The translations under genes and the position numbers were made by a program. From Candidatus Segetimicrobium genomatis (lineage in GTDB: Bacteria > Sysuimicrobiota > Sysuimicrobiia > Sysuimicrobiales > Segetimicrobiaceae), in the NCBI GenBank assembly GCA_005882275.1, contig VBAK01000118.1, positions 16,881 to 80,880 of the forward strand: DNA of 64,000 bases, in the 5' to 3' direction. The notes under the pieces were generated by a model that was not told the DNA's origin, did no database searches, and was given only the letters and a program-made list of their open reading frames with translations. Numbering within the stretch: the first letter of the stretch is position 1; every line of letters starts with the position of its first letter. Positions 17,178-26,767 of the stretch are shown piece by piece.

Positions 17178-18364
17178 CAGGACTCGGGGGCTCCGAAGGC
17201 GTCGATGCCGGTGATGTCCCGCCCAAGGATCAACGTGTGGACGTCGTAGGTGCCCTCGTAGGTGTCCACCGATTCGAGGTTGGCGGCGTGCCGCATCGCG
17301 TGATACTCCAGGGTGATGCCGTACCCCCCGAGGATGGTGCGCGCCTCCCGCGCCACGCGCAGCGCCATCCGGACGTTGTTGCGCTTGGCCATGCTCACCT
17401 GGGTGTACCGCATCGTCCCGGCATCCTTGAGGCGGCCGAGGTGGTAGGCGAGCAGCTGCGCCGTCGTGATCTCGCTCAGCATGTTCACCAGCCGCTCCTG
17501 GATGATCTGCGTCGCGGCGATCGGCCGGCCGAAGGCGATCCGATCGCGGGCGTAGGCCAAGGCCTCTTCGTAGCAGGCAATGGCCGCGCCGACCGCCCCC
17601 CAGGCGATGCCGTACCGCGCCTGGGTCAGGCAGCCGAGGGCCTTGCCCAGGCCCACCGCGCCGGGCAGCGCGTCCTCCTCGCGGATCCGGACGTTCTCGA
17701 GCACGAGCTCGCTCGTGACCGACGCCCGCATCGACGCCTTGGTGTGGATGTCGTGGGCGGAGAATCCCGGCGTGTGCGGATCGACCAGGAACCCGCGGAC
17801 CACGCCGTCCTCGGCCTTGGCCCAGACGAGCGCGACGTCGGCGATCGAGCCGCTGGTGATCCACATCTTGGTGCCGTCCAGCGCCCACCCGCCGGAGACC
17901 CGCCGCGCGCGGGTCTGCATCGCGCCCGGATCGCTCCCGGCGTTCGGTTCGGTGAGGCCGAAGCACCCGATCTTCTCTCCGGCCGCCATCGCGGGGAGCC
18001 AGGCTCTGCGCTGCTCCTCGCTGCCGTACGCGAAGATTGGATACATGACCAGCGCGCCCTGCACCGAGGCGAACGACCGCACGCCGCTGTCGCCCCGCTC
18101 GAGTTCCTGCATGATGAGCCCGTAGGCGATGTTGCTCATGCCCGCGCAGCCATATTCTTGTGGAAGGTTGGCCCCAAACAGCCGGAGCGCTCCCAGTCTC
18201 CCGACCAGGTCGCGGGGAAACTCGCCGGCCAGCCACGCGCGGCCGATCCGCGGGATCACCTCACGGTCGACCAAGCGTCCCACGGTGTCCCGGGTCAGGC
18301 GCTCGTCCTCGCTGAGCAGCGGATCGATGCCGAAGTAATCGAGCCTTCCGGTTCCAGTCGTCAT
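17177..18364 (-). CDS. gcdH: glutaryl-CoA dehydrogenase
   Basis: YGCAGMSNIAYGLIMQELERGDSGVRSFASVQGALVMYPIFAYGSEEQRRAWLP...GCFGLTEPNAGSDP and YEGTYDVHTLILGRDITG closely parallel GCDH. Confidence 0.9.
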   Translation of the reverse strand: MTTGTGRLDYFGIDPLLSEDERLTRDTVGRLVDREVIPRIGRAWLAGEFPRDLVGRLGALRLFGANLPQEYGCAGMSNIAYGLIMQELERGDSGVRSFASVQGALVMYPIFAYGSEEQRRAWLPAMAAGEKIGCFGLTEPNAGSDPGAMQTRARRVSGGWALDGTKMWITSGSIADVALVWAKAEDGVVRGFLVDPHTPGFSAHDIHTKASMRASVTSELVLENVRIREEDALPGAVGLGKALGCLTQARYGIAWGAVGAAIACYEEALAYARDRIAFGRPIAATQIIQERLVNMLSEITTAQLLAYHLGRLKDAGTMRYTQVSMAKRNNVRMALRVAREARTILGGYGITLEYHAMRHAANLESVDTYEGTYDVHTLILGRDITGIDAFGAPES

Positions 18365-18385
18365 GGGCGAACCATTCGCGGGGGC

Positions 18386-19606
<1,221 letters not shown>

Positions 19607-19717
19607 GATCGCGCCCCCTTCGTCAGGCCTGCCTATGCCAACGGCGTGGGCCAGTACGCCCCCGCCGTCCGCCCCGGGTCGCGGGCCCGGATCGGCGGCA
19701 GCGGTGGCGAAAATGTG

Positions 19718-19749
19718 AGGCCGGCGGCACACCATTGTGCCGCCGGCCT
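19718..19749 (-). terminator. intrinsic terminator/attenuator hairpin
   Basis: Perfect 14-bp stem AGGCCGGCGGCACA/TGTGCCGCCGGCCT with a 4-nt loop. On the minus strand it is followed by CACAUUUUC. Confidence 0.6.
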
Positions 19750-20008
19750 TATTACGTCCTTGCCCCGACTCCACCTTCGTGGAGTCTCACTCCACCCAGT
19801 GGGGAGATCAGTCTCCCTGATCGGCAGGCGGTCGGGGGTTCGCCGGGAGCAGAGGCCGCCGCGGGCCCTGCTCCGTCACTGCTTCGGTGGCGTCTCCCGG
19901 TCGGTCCCAGTGTTCCGCCTCGATCGGCGGACGCGATATCGCATGTTCCGCCTCCCCTTGGGTTGAGTCGCCGGGTGGGTCCCCGACGCCGATCTCGGTC
20001 TCAATTGC

Positions 20009-20036
20009 ATTGTACGCCGTGCCCCACTGGTGTCAA
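20009..20036 (-). promoter_or_regulatory. near-consensus sigma-70 promoter
   Basis: On the minus strand: TTGACA (20036-20031), 16-nt spacer, TACAAT (20014-20009). Confidence 0.55.
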
Positions 20037-20177
20037 CATCGACGGTCGCCCGATTGGCCCGGTCCGGCAAGATCCCTGACGGATCGCGGGAGATAGCGAG
20101 TGAACACGCGGCGGGGAACCGCCGTAAGGTCTTCCACTGCACCAGGATTTCACATCCGGAGGCGCAAACCATCCCCC

Positions 20178-21119
20178 ATGTCACAGGTGGCGGTGGCGGC
20201 TACCGAGACCGGGCCGAGGCCGGCGTCCGCCCGCCGCGGGCCGGCCCGCCGGCGGCGCGAGATCGCGGTGGCGTACGTCCTTCTCGCCCCCGCGGTCGTG
20301 CTGGTGTTCGGTGTGCTCGCGTACCCGGTCGGCTGGAGCGTATGGTTGAGTCTGACGAATTTCAGCGTTCAGGATCCATCGAAGGCATTCGTCGGCCTGA
20401 GCAACTATGCGGCGGTCCTCCCCGACCCCGAGTACCTGCGCGGTGCGGCGAACGCCATCGGGTACCTGGCGGCCACGACCCTCTTGAAGCTTGCCGTCGG
20501 CGTGGGAACGGCCCTGCTCCTCGCCCGGCCGTTCCCCGGCCGGGCGCTCGTGTTTCTTCTGGCGTTTCTCCCCTGGGCGTACCCGGGCGGCCTGGGGCTG
20601 GTGGGATGGTACTGGTTCATCATTCCCCCGCTCCACACGGCCTATTCCCTGGCGATGTCGAACGTCCGGTTCGCCTTTGACGGGGTGTTTGGGATCGGCG
20701 CGTGGCGGTTCCTGAGCCTGGTCATCTTCAACGTGTGGCGCGGCGGATCGTTTGTGGGCATCTTCCTCCTCGCGGCGCTCAATGGCATCCCCCAGGACCT
20801 CTTCGATTACGCCGCGCTCGAAGTGAAAAACGGCTGGCGGAAGTTCTGGATGGTCACGGTGCCTCTCCTGAGGCCGTTTCTGGCCCTCGCCGCCTTCCTC
20901 TCCATCGTCGGCGCGGTCGTCGACCTCGGGAACGTGTACATGCTCTCGGGGTTTCGGATCACGTACCCCATCATCTGGACCCAGGCGTTCGACCTGGCGA
21001 TCACCGGCGGGCAATGGAGCAAGGCCGCGGCGCTGTCGCTCGTCCTCCTTCCGGTCCTGGCCGCCGTCCTCGTTGTCTGCTACCGGCTCTTCGAGCCCCT
21101 GGAGGAGGACCCGGCGTGA
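20178..21119 (+). CDS. ABC transporter permease (CUT1, MalF/UgpA-like)
   Basis: Six-TM pattern and an EAA-like loop (DYAALEVKNGWRKFWMVTVPLLRP). ATG at 20178. Confidence 0.9.
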   Translation: MSQVAVAATETGPRPASARRGPARRRREIAVAYVLLAPAVVLVFGVLAYPVGWSVWLSLTNFSVQDPSKAFVGLSNYAAVLPDPEYLRGAANAIGYLAATTLLKLAVGVGTALLLARPFPGRALVFLLAFLPWAYPGGLGLVGWYWFIIPPLHTAYSLAMSNVRFAFDGVFGIGAWRFLSLVIFNVWRGGSFVGIFLLAALNGIPQDLFDYAALEVKNGWRKFWMVTVPLLRPFLALAAFLSIVGAVVDLGNVYMLSGFRITYPIIWTQAFDLAITGGQWSKAAALSLVLLPVLAAVLVVCYRLFEPLEEDPA

Positions 21120-21982
21120 GGGCCCAGCGCGGATTCCACCCGGTGCTCCACGGCGCGCTCCTGGCGCTGCTCGCCGTCTACAGCATCTTCCCGATCTACA
21201 TGGTGACCATCGAATCGCTCAAGTCCGTCGACGAAGACGTCTTCGGCAGCCCCTTCTACGTCCGGCACCCTTCCTTCGAGTGGTACGAGAACCTGTTCGA
21301 GCGGCAGGAATGGGTGACCCACGCGGCGCTCACGACGCACACCGTCCCCTTCCTGGTCTGGACGAAGAACACCGTCATCGTCTTCACGGCGGCGCTGGCC
21401 GTCATTCTCACCACCAGCCTCGCGGCCGGGTACGCGCTCGGCCGCCTGCGCCTGCCCGGATGGCGACTGTGGCGGCGCGCGCTGTTTGCCGCCTTCCTCA
21501 TCCCGCAGACGCTGCTGTTCCTGCCGCTGTACAGCCTCGTGTTCCGGCTTCACCTGGACGACCGCCTGGGCGCCCTCGTGCTGACCTATCCGATGCTGGC
21601 CATCCCGTTCTGCGTGTGGCTCTTTTCCGCGTACTTCCAAAAACTGTCGCCCGACATCGAGGAGTCCGCCTACATCGAGGGCGCGGACCGATTCACGGCG
21701 TTTCTGCGGATCGTGCTGCCGATGAGCTGGCCGGTCCTGGTGGCGGCCGGCCTGTTCGCGCTCGGCGTGCTGAGCAGCGACTTCATACTCGCCGGCGTCT
21801 TCCTGCCCAACCAGTGGCATCAGACGATCGCGGCCGGCATGTCGACCATGGATATCAGCCTCGAAGATCTGACGGTTGTCTCGGGCGTCAGCATGGGAGG
21901 GCTGCCCGTGCTGGCGATCGCCGCGCTCCTGGCGGCGTCGTACGTCCGCGGCCTGACGGCCGCGATGATCGAGGGCGCCTGA
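21116..21982 (+). CDS. ABC transporter permease (CUT1, MalG/UgpE-like)
   Basis: EAA loop ESAYIEGADRFTAFLRIVLPMSWP. The GTG start overlaps the upstream stop (GTGA). Confidence 0.9.
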   Translation: MRAQRGFHPVLHGALLALLAVYSIFPIYMVTIESLKSVDEDVFGSPFYVRHPSFEWYENLFERQEWVTHAALTTHTVPFLVWTKNTVIVFTAALAVILTTSLAAGYALGRLRLPGWRLWRRALFAAFLIPQTLLFLPLYSLVFRLHLDDRLGALVLTYPMLAIPFCVWLFSAYFQKLSPDIEESAYIEGADRFTAFLRIVLPMSWPVLVAAGLFALGVLSSDFILAGVFLPNQWHQTIAAGMSTMDISLEDLTVVSGVSMGGLPVLAIAALLAASYVRGLTAAMIEGA

Positions 21983-21987
21983 CGCCG

Positions 21988-22710
21988 ATGCGGCCGGCAC
22001 GCATCGGCATGATCACGCCGTCGTCCAACACCGCGATCGAGCCGATCACCACCCGGATCTTCGCCGCCCTCGGGGAGGCGGTGACCGTCCATTTCACCCG
22101 GATCCGCGTCACGCATATCTCGCTGGAGCCGTCGTCGCTCGACCAGTTTACGGCGGCGGCGATGACGGAGGCCGCGCGGCTGCTCGCCGACGCCCGCGTC
22201 GACGTCATCGCCTGGAACGGCACCTCCGGCGCCTGGAAGGGGCTCCAGACCGATCGAGAGATTGTTGATCGGATCCAGTCGGAGACCGGGATCCCGGCGA
22301 CCACGTCCACCCTGGACCTGCTGGAGGCCTGCCGGCGGCTGGGGATCACCCGGTGCGGCCTGGCGACGCCCTATCTCCCCGAGGTACACGAGGCGATCCG
22401 CCGGACGCTCGCCGCCGAGGACCTCGAGGTGGTGGCGTCGGCCTTCCTCGGGATCACGGTGAACCATGAGTTCGCCGAGGTGCCCCTCCCCCGGATCGAG
22501 GCGCTGCTCGCGGAGGTGGCGTTGCCTGCTGCGGACGGCATCGCCGTCGTCTGCACCAACTTTCCGGCGGCGGCCGTCGTTGACCGGGTGGAGGCCGCGA
22601 CGGCGCGGCCGGTCGTCGACACGCTTGCCGCGACGGCCTGGCGCACGCTCCGGCTCGCTGGCGTCCGGCAACCTGTCCGCGGCTTCGGGCAGCTCCTGGC
22701 GCGGCCCTAG
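21988..22710 (+). CDS. Asp/Glu racemase superfamily protein (maleate isomerase / arylmalonate decarboxylase-like)
   Basis: RIGMITPSSNTAIEP N-terminus and a second half-site CTNFPAA. About 240 aa, typical for the family. Confidence 0.8.
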   Translation: MRPARIGMITPSSNTAIEPITTRIFAALGEAVTVHFTRIRVTHISLEPSSLDQFTAAAMTEAARLLADARVDVIAWNGTSGAWKGLQTDREIVDRIQSETGIPATTSTLDLLEACRRLGITRCGLATPYLPEVHEAIRRTLAAEDLEVVASAFLGITVNHEFAEVPLPRIEALLAEVALPAADGIAVVCTNFPAAAVVDRVEAATARPVVDTLAATAWRTLRLAGVRQPVRGFGQLLARP

Positions 22711-22731
22711 CAGGCGGGCGGAGCGGACACG

Positions 22732-23622
22732 TCAGCCGCCGGGCGGGCCGCTGCGGGGGCGCCCCGCCGCGCCGAGCTCACGGGTCAAGGCCGCCATTAT
22801 CTCGGCGGTGAGCGGGAGCAGCCGAACCGGCACGTTCCGCTCCGCCGCCAGATCGAGGGCCAGGCCTGTATCCTTGACCAGGATATCCAGGGACGTCCCG
22901 GGACGGTAGCCGTCGATCCAGGCGGCGGCGGTGGGCCAGTGCTCGACCACCCAGGTCGTTCCGGTGCAGGTGCGCAGCACCTCCCACAGCCGCTCGATCG
23001 AGACCCCCTCCGCGCGGGCCAACCCCGCCACCTCGCGGGCCGCGAGCAGGCTCACCGACAGCAGAACCTGGTTCGCCATCTTGACCGCGGTGCCGGCGCC
23101 GACGTCCCCCACGTGCTCGATCTGCGAGCCCACGGCCTCCAGCACCGGCCGCGCGGCGGCCAGATCCGCCGCCGCCGCGCCCACGATGATCGTCAGCGTG
23201 CCGTTCTCGGCCCGCTCGCGCCCGCCGCTCACCGGCGCGTCGAGAAACGCACACCCGCGCTCCCGGGCGGCGGCCCCCAGGCGGCGCATGGCGGCCACCC
23301 CGATGGTGCTCATGACGATCAGGATCGCGCCGGACCGCGCCTGCCCGAGGACGCCGGCGCCGCCCAGCACCACCTGCTCCGCCTGGGCGGGCGTGCGCAC
23401 CATCACCACGATCGCGTCGGCCCCGCGCACCGCCTCACCGGCTGCCGCGGCCGCACGCCCCCCGGCCCGGCTGAACGCCCGGCAGGCCTCCTCGCGAACA
23501 TCGTAGCCGGCCACGGTGAACCCGCGCCCGATCAGGTTGCGGGCCATGGGGAGCCCCATCTCTCCGAGGCCGATCACCGCGACCTGCCGACCTTTGCCCC
23601 GCTCCCCGCCGGCCTTCCTCAT
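22732..23622 (-). CDS. NAD(P)-dependent oxidoreductase (3-hydroxyisobutyrate / tartronate-semialdehyde reductase family)
   Basis: VAVIGLGEMGLPMARNL Rossmann motif, DAPVSGG, and GAGTAVKMANQ. The ATG at 23622 overlaps the upstream stop (ATGA). Confidence 0.9.
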   Translation of the reverse strand: MRKAGGERGKGRQVAVIGLGEMGLPMARNLIGRGFTVAGYDVREEACRAFSRAGGRAAAAAGEAVRGADAIVVMVRTPAQAEQVVLGGAGVLGQARSGAILIVMSTIGVAAMRRLGAAARERGCAFLDAPVSGGRERAENGTLTIIVGAAAADLAAARPVLEAVGSQIEHVGDVGAGTAVKMANQVLLSVSLLAAREVAGLARAEGVSIERLWEVLRTCTGTTWVVEHWPTAAAWIDGYRPGTSLDILVKDTGLALDLAAERNVPVRLLPLTAEIMAALTRELGAAGRPRSGPPGG

Positions 23623-24821
23623 TGGCGCTCCTCCGAGGGACGGAGATACGCGATGCGGCCGCGGCTGACCACGAGCCTGACCCGGCCCATCGCCGTGATG
23701 TCGTCCAGCGGATCCCCTTCCACGGCGATCACGTCGGCGATCCTGCCGGGCGCCAGGGTGCCGAGCGTCGCCTCCATCCCGAGCGCCCGGGCCGGCCAGG
23801 CGGTCGCAGCGCGGATCGCGCGCATCGGCGTCTCGCCGAGCGTGACGAGCCACGCCAGCTCGTCGGCCAGGCAGCCGTGGAGCGCATCGGTGCCGACCAC
23901 GTAGCGCAGCCCGCGCGCGATCACCTTGCGCGCCGTCTCCAGCGCCCGGCCGGCCAGACGCTCGAGGCGCGGCCCGGCCTCGGGCGTGCGCTCGAACGCG
24001 TGGCCGCGCGGCCCGCACAGCACGCCGGTCGTCAGCGTGAGGAGCGCCCCGGAGCGCCCGACGAGGTCCAGGTCCTGATCGGTCAGGAACCATCCGTGTT
24101 CGATCACGTCCAGCCCGCCGCCGAGGGCCGCGGCGACCCCCGGTCCGCCCAGGAGATGCGCGGCCACGCGCCGGCCGGCATCGTGCGCGCGCCGCGCCGC
24201 CGCGGCGACGTGCGCCTCCCCGTAGTAGCAGGTCGTCGGCTCCACGGCGGGGTCCCCCACCCCATCGGACACGAACACCTTGATGAAATCCGCGCCGTCT
24301 TCCAGGTTCGCGGCGGCGGCGCGGTCGATCTCGTCCGGATCGTCGGTCAACACCGAGGCGACGGCGCCGCCGGCGCAGCGCGGCGATCGGATGGCCCGGC
24401 CCGCCGCGATCAACCGGGGGCCGACGACCCGCCCCTCGTCGACCGCGCGGCGCAGCAGCAGGTCGATCCCGTGGCGGTCGCCGCACAACCGAAGGGTGGT
24501 CGCGCCGGCCCGCAGATCCTCCTGCATGCGGCTGATCCCATGCGCGGTGTATTCCGGCTCCGGCACGCCGACCTGCGCGCCGAGGCGCGCGCGGCGGGTA
24601 TCGATGCCGAGGTGCGAGTGAAAATCGATCAGGCCGGCGAGCACGGTGCATCCCGGCAGCGCGAGGGTGACCTGGTCCCGCGGGGCCGAGGGGGCCGGGC
24701 CGGCCTCGCTGTGCTCGCCCGGGAGTCCGGCGATGCGCTCGCCCTGAATCAGGAGGCGCCCCGGCCGGCGGGGGGACTCCGCCAGCCCGTCGATCATCTG
24801 GTCCGCCTCGATCCGTATCAT
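23619..24821 (-). CDS. amidohydrolase family protein
   Basis: The metal-binding DFHSHL motif, later AAHLLG / IEHG, and GTDA are typical of the amidohydrolase superfamily. Confidence 0.85.
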   Translation of the reverse strand: MIRIEADQMIDGLAESPRRPGRLLIQGERIAGLPGEHSEAGPAPSAPRDQVTLALPGCTVLAGLIDFHSHLGIDTRRARLGAQVGVPEPEYTAHGISRMQEDLRAGATTLRLCGDRHGIDLLLRRAVDEGRVVGPRLIAAGRAIRSPRCAGGAVASVLTDDPDEIDRAAAANLEDGADFIKVFVSDGVGDPAVEPTTCYYGEAHVAAAARRAHDAGRRVAAHLLGGPGVAAALGGGLDVIEHGWFLTDQDLDLVGRSGALLTLTTGVLCGPRGHAFERTPEAGPRLERLAGRALETARKVIARGLRYVVGTDALHGCLADELAWLVTLGETPMRAIRAATAWPARALGMEATLGTLAPGRIADVIAVEGDPLDDITAMGRVRLVVSRGRIAYLRPSEERQ

Positions 24822-24855
24822 GGGACGTCTCCGCCCGCGCCGGCGGGCGCGCGCG

Positions 24856-25755
24856 TTACTTCACCGCCGCGCTGGTGATCCCCGAGATGAACTGGTCGAG
24901 GAAAAAACTGTAGAGGATCGCGACGGGGATGCCGACCAGCAGGGCCCCGGCCATCAGCGATCCCCAGTAATAGACGTCGCCGCGGATGAGATCGGTGGCC
25001 ACCCCCAGCGGGACCGGCTTCTGGTCGGAGACCGACACGAAGACGAGCGAGTACAGGAAGTCCTGCATGGTGAGGGTGAACGCAAAGATCACCGCGGTGA
25101 GGATCCCGGGCCAGCTCACGGGGATGACCGTCCGCAGCAGGGCACTGAGCCGCCCGCACCCGTCCACCTGGGCGGCCTCCTCGATCTCGGGGGGAACGGT
25201 CTTGAAGAACCCGCTGAGCAGCCACGTACAGTACGGGACCGTGAACGTGGGGTAGACCAGCACCAGCGCCCACTTGGTATCGATCAGGTGGGTCAGGCCG
25301 ACCACGCGCGACAGCGGGATGAACAGCAGGATGGGCGGGATGAGGTACCCGAGGAAGATGGCGATCCCCATGTTCTCGGCGCCGGGCAGCCCCACCCGGG
25401 CGAGCGCGTACCCCGCCGGGACCGCGACGAGCAGGGTGATCGCCGAGACGCAGGCGGCGATCACCATCGTGTTGTAGATCCAGTCGCCGTAGTAGGTGTG
25501 CTGGAAGAGATACGTGAAGTGGGTGATGGTCGGCGGCTGGTGGAACCAGAACGGAAACACCGTGGGGTTGACCAGGTCGTTGTCGGTCTTGAACGCGGTC
25601 ACGGCCATCCAGAACACGGGGAAGACGGCGATCAGGATAAACGGCAGGAGTCCCGCGTAGACGAGGAGGTGGCGCCGGACGAGCCGCCCGCGGGCCCGCC
25701 GCGCGCCCTCCGCACGCCTCGCCTCCCGGCCCCGGATCACCTCGACCCCGCTCAC
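24856..25755 (-). CDS. ABC transporter permease (CUT1, MalG-like)
   Basis: EAA loop EEAAQVDGCGRLSALLRTVIPVSWP. The GTG at 25755 overlaps the upstream stop. Confidence 0.9.
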   Translation of the reverse strand: MSGVEVIRGREARRAEGARRARGRLVRRHLLVYAGLLPFILIAVFPVFWMAVTAFKTDNDLVNPTVFPFWFHQPPTITHFTYLFQHTYYGDWIYNTMVIAACVSAITLLVAVPAGYALARVGLPGAENMGIAIFLGYLIPPILLFIPLSRVVGLTHLIDTKWALVLVYPTFTVPYCTWLLSGFFKTVPPEIEEAAQVDGCGRLSALLRTVIPVSWPGILTAVIFAFTLTMQDFLYSLVFVSVSDQKPVPLGVATDLIRGDVYYWGSLMAGALLVGIPVAILYSFFLDQFISGITSAAVK

Positions 25756-26681
25756 AGCGTCTCCCGCCTCCGCAGGTTCCTGAGCAGGAAGTAGACGACG
25801 GGGAGCAGGATCGGGAACAGCACCAGGGCGATGGCCGCGCCCCGCCCGAGGGCGCCGGCCTGGATCCCGATCTCGAACGCCCGGGTGGGCAGGATCTCGG
25901 TCGTCCCCATCGGCCCGCCGAACGTCAGCAGATAGACGATGCTCAGGTCGGACAGCGTGAACACCGTGTCGAAGAGCAGCCCCACGAACAGGATCGGCGC
26001 GACGACGGGAATGACGATGTAGCGGTAGCGGTGAAAGAAGGTCGCGCCGTCGACCTTCCCGGCGTCGAGGAGCTCCAGCGGAACGGCCGAAAACGCCGCC
26101 ATCAGCACGATCGCCGCGAACGGAAAGCCGCGCCAGACGTTCACGGCGATCACGGCCGCCATCGCCAGACCCGGCTCCCCGATCCAGTTGGGCCACCCGT
26201 GGATCAGGCCGAGGCGGACGCCGACGTAGTTGATCGCGCTGAACTGCGGATCGAACATCCACTTCCATGCCAGCGCACTGATGGCCACCGGAAGCGTCCA
26301 GGGCAGGACGATCAGGGACCGGATGAACTTCTTCCCGCCGACCTCCTGGATGAGCAGGAAGGCCATGAGCGTCCCCAGGAGGCCCTTGCAGATCCCGGCG
26401 ATCACCGTGAACATGACGGTATTCCGCAGCGCCATGCGAAACGTGCTGTCCTGGAAGATCGCGATGAAGTTCTGGAACCCGACGAACCTGGCGACCTGGC
26501 TGCCGACCGTGGCGTCGCTGAGGCTCAGGTAGAGCGAGAAGAAAAACGGCACGCCGACGAGCAGGCACATGTACAGCACGGCGGGGGCCAGGAGGGCATA
26601 GCCAAACACCAGGCGGTCCCGGGTAAAGGTCCCACGCCTGGCGGCGGCCCGTCCTCCGGTCACCAGTTCAACCTCGGCCAT
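25752..26681 (-). CDS. ABC transporter permease (CUT1, MalF-like)
   Basis: EAA loop LDAGKVDGATFFHRYRYIVIPVVAP. ATG at 26681. Confidence 0.9.
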   Translation of the reverse strand: MAEVELVTGGRAAARRGTFTRDRLVFGYALLAPAVLYMCLLVGVPFFFSLYLSLSDATVGSQVARFVGFQNFIAIFQDSTFRMALRNTVMFTVIAGICKGLLGTLMAFLLIQEVGGKKFIRSLIVLPWTLPVAISALAWKWMFDPQFSAINYVGVRLGLIHGWPNWIGEPGLAMAAVIAVNVWRGFPFAAIVLMAAFSAVPLELLDAGKVDGATFFHRYRYIVIPVVAPILFVGLLFDTVFTLSDLSIVYLLTFGGPMGTTEILPTRAFEIGIQAGALGRGAAIALVLFPILLPVVYFLLRNLRRRETL

Positions 26682-26767
26682 GGCGGGCCCCCGTCCCGAT
26701 GTGCGTGGGGCGAAAAATCCCGGGACGGACGCGCCGAGACGGCGGCGTCCCCCCCGGGAAGGGCGCC

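Noticed and set aside
17178-18236. N-terminal extension of track ORF 15858..18236 (792 aa)
   Set aside because: It is an off-frame read-through across gcdH. The MFS protein begins at the ATG at 17177.
19750-20000. Assigning the leader to cobalamin, lysine (L-box), glycine, TPP or ZTP riboswitch classes
   Set aside because: Isolated look-alike strings are present (CCACTGGG, GGGAG..CCACCGAAG). The other conserved blocks and helices of these classes are not visible (B12 box, GAGUA loop E and CUGUCA, GGGCAA, CUGAGA, CCGCCUGGGC). The leader is left unassigned.
23623-24651. N-terminal part of track ORF 22732..24651 (639 aa); similarly 36341..38170 and 24856..26568
   Set aside because: In each case only the C-terminal domain matches a protein family. 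The upstream parts are off-frame overlaps with the neighbouring real gene.
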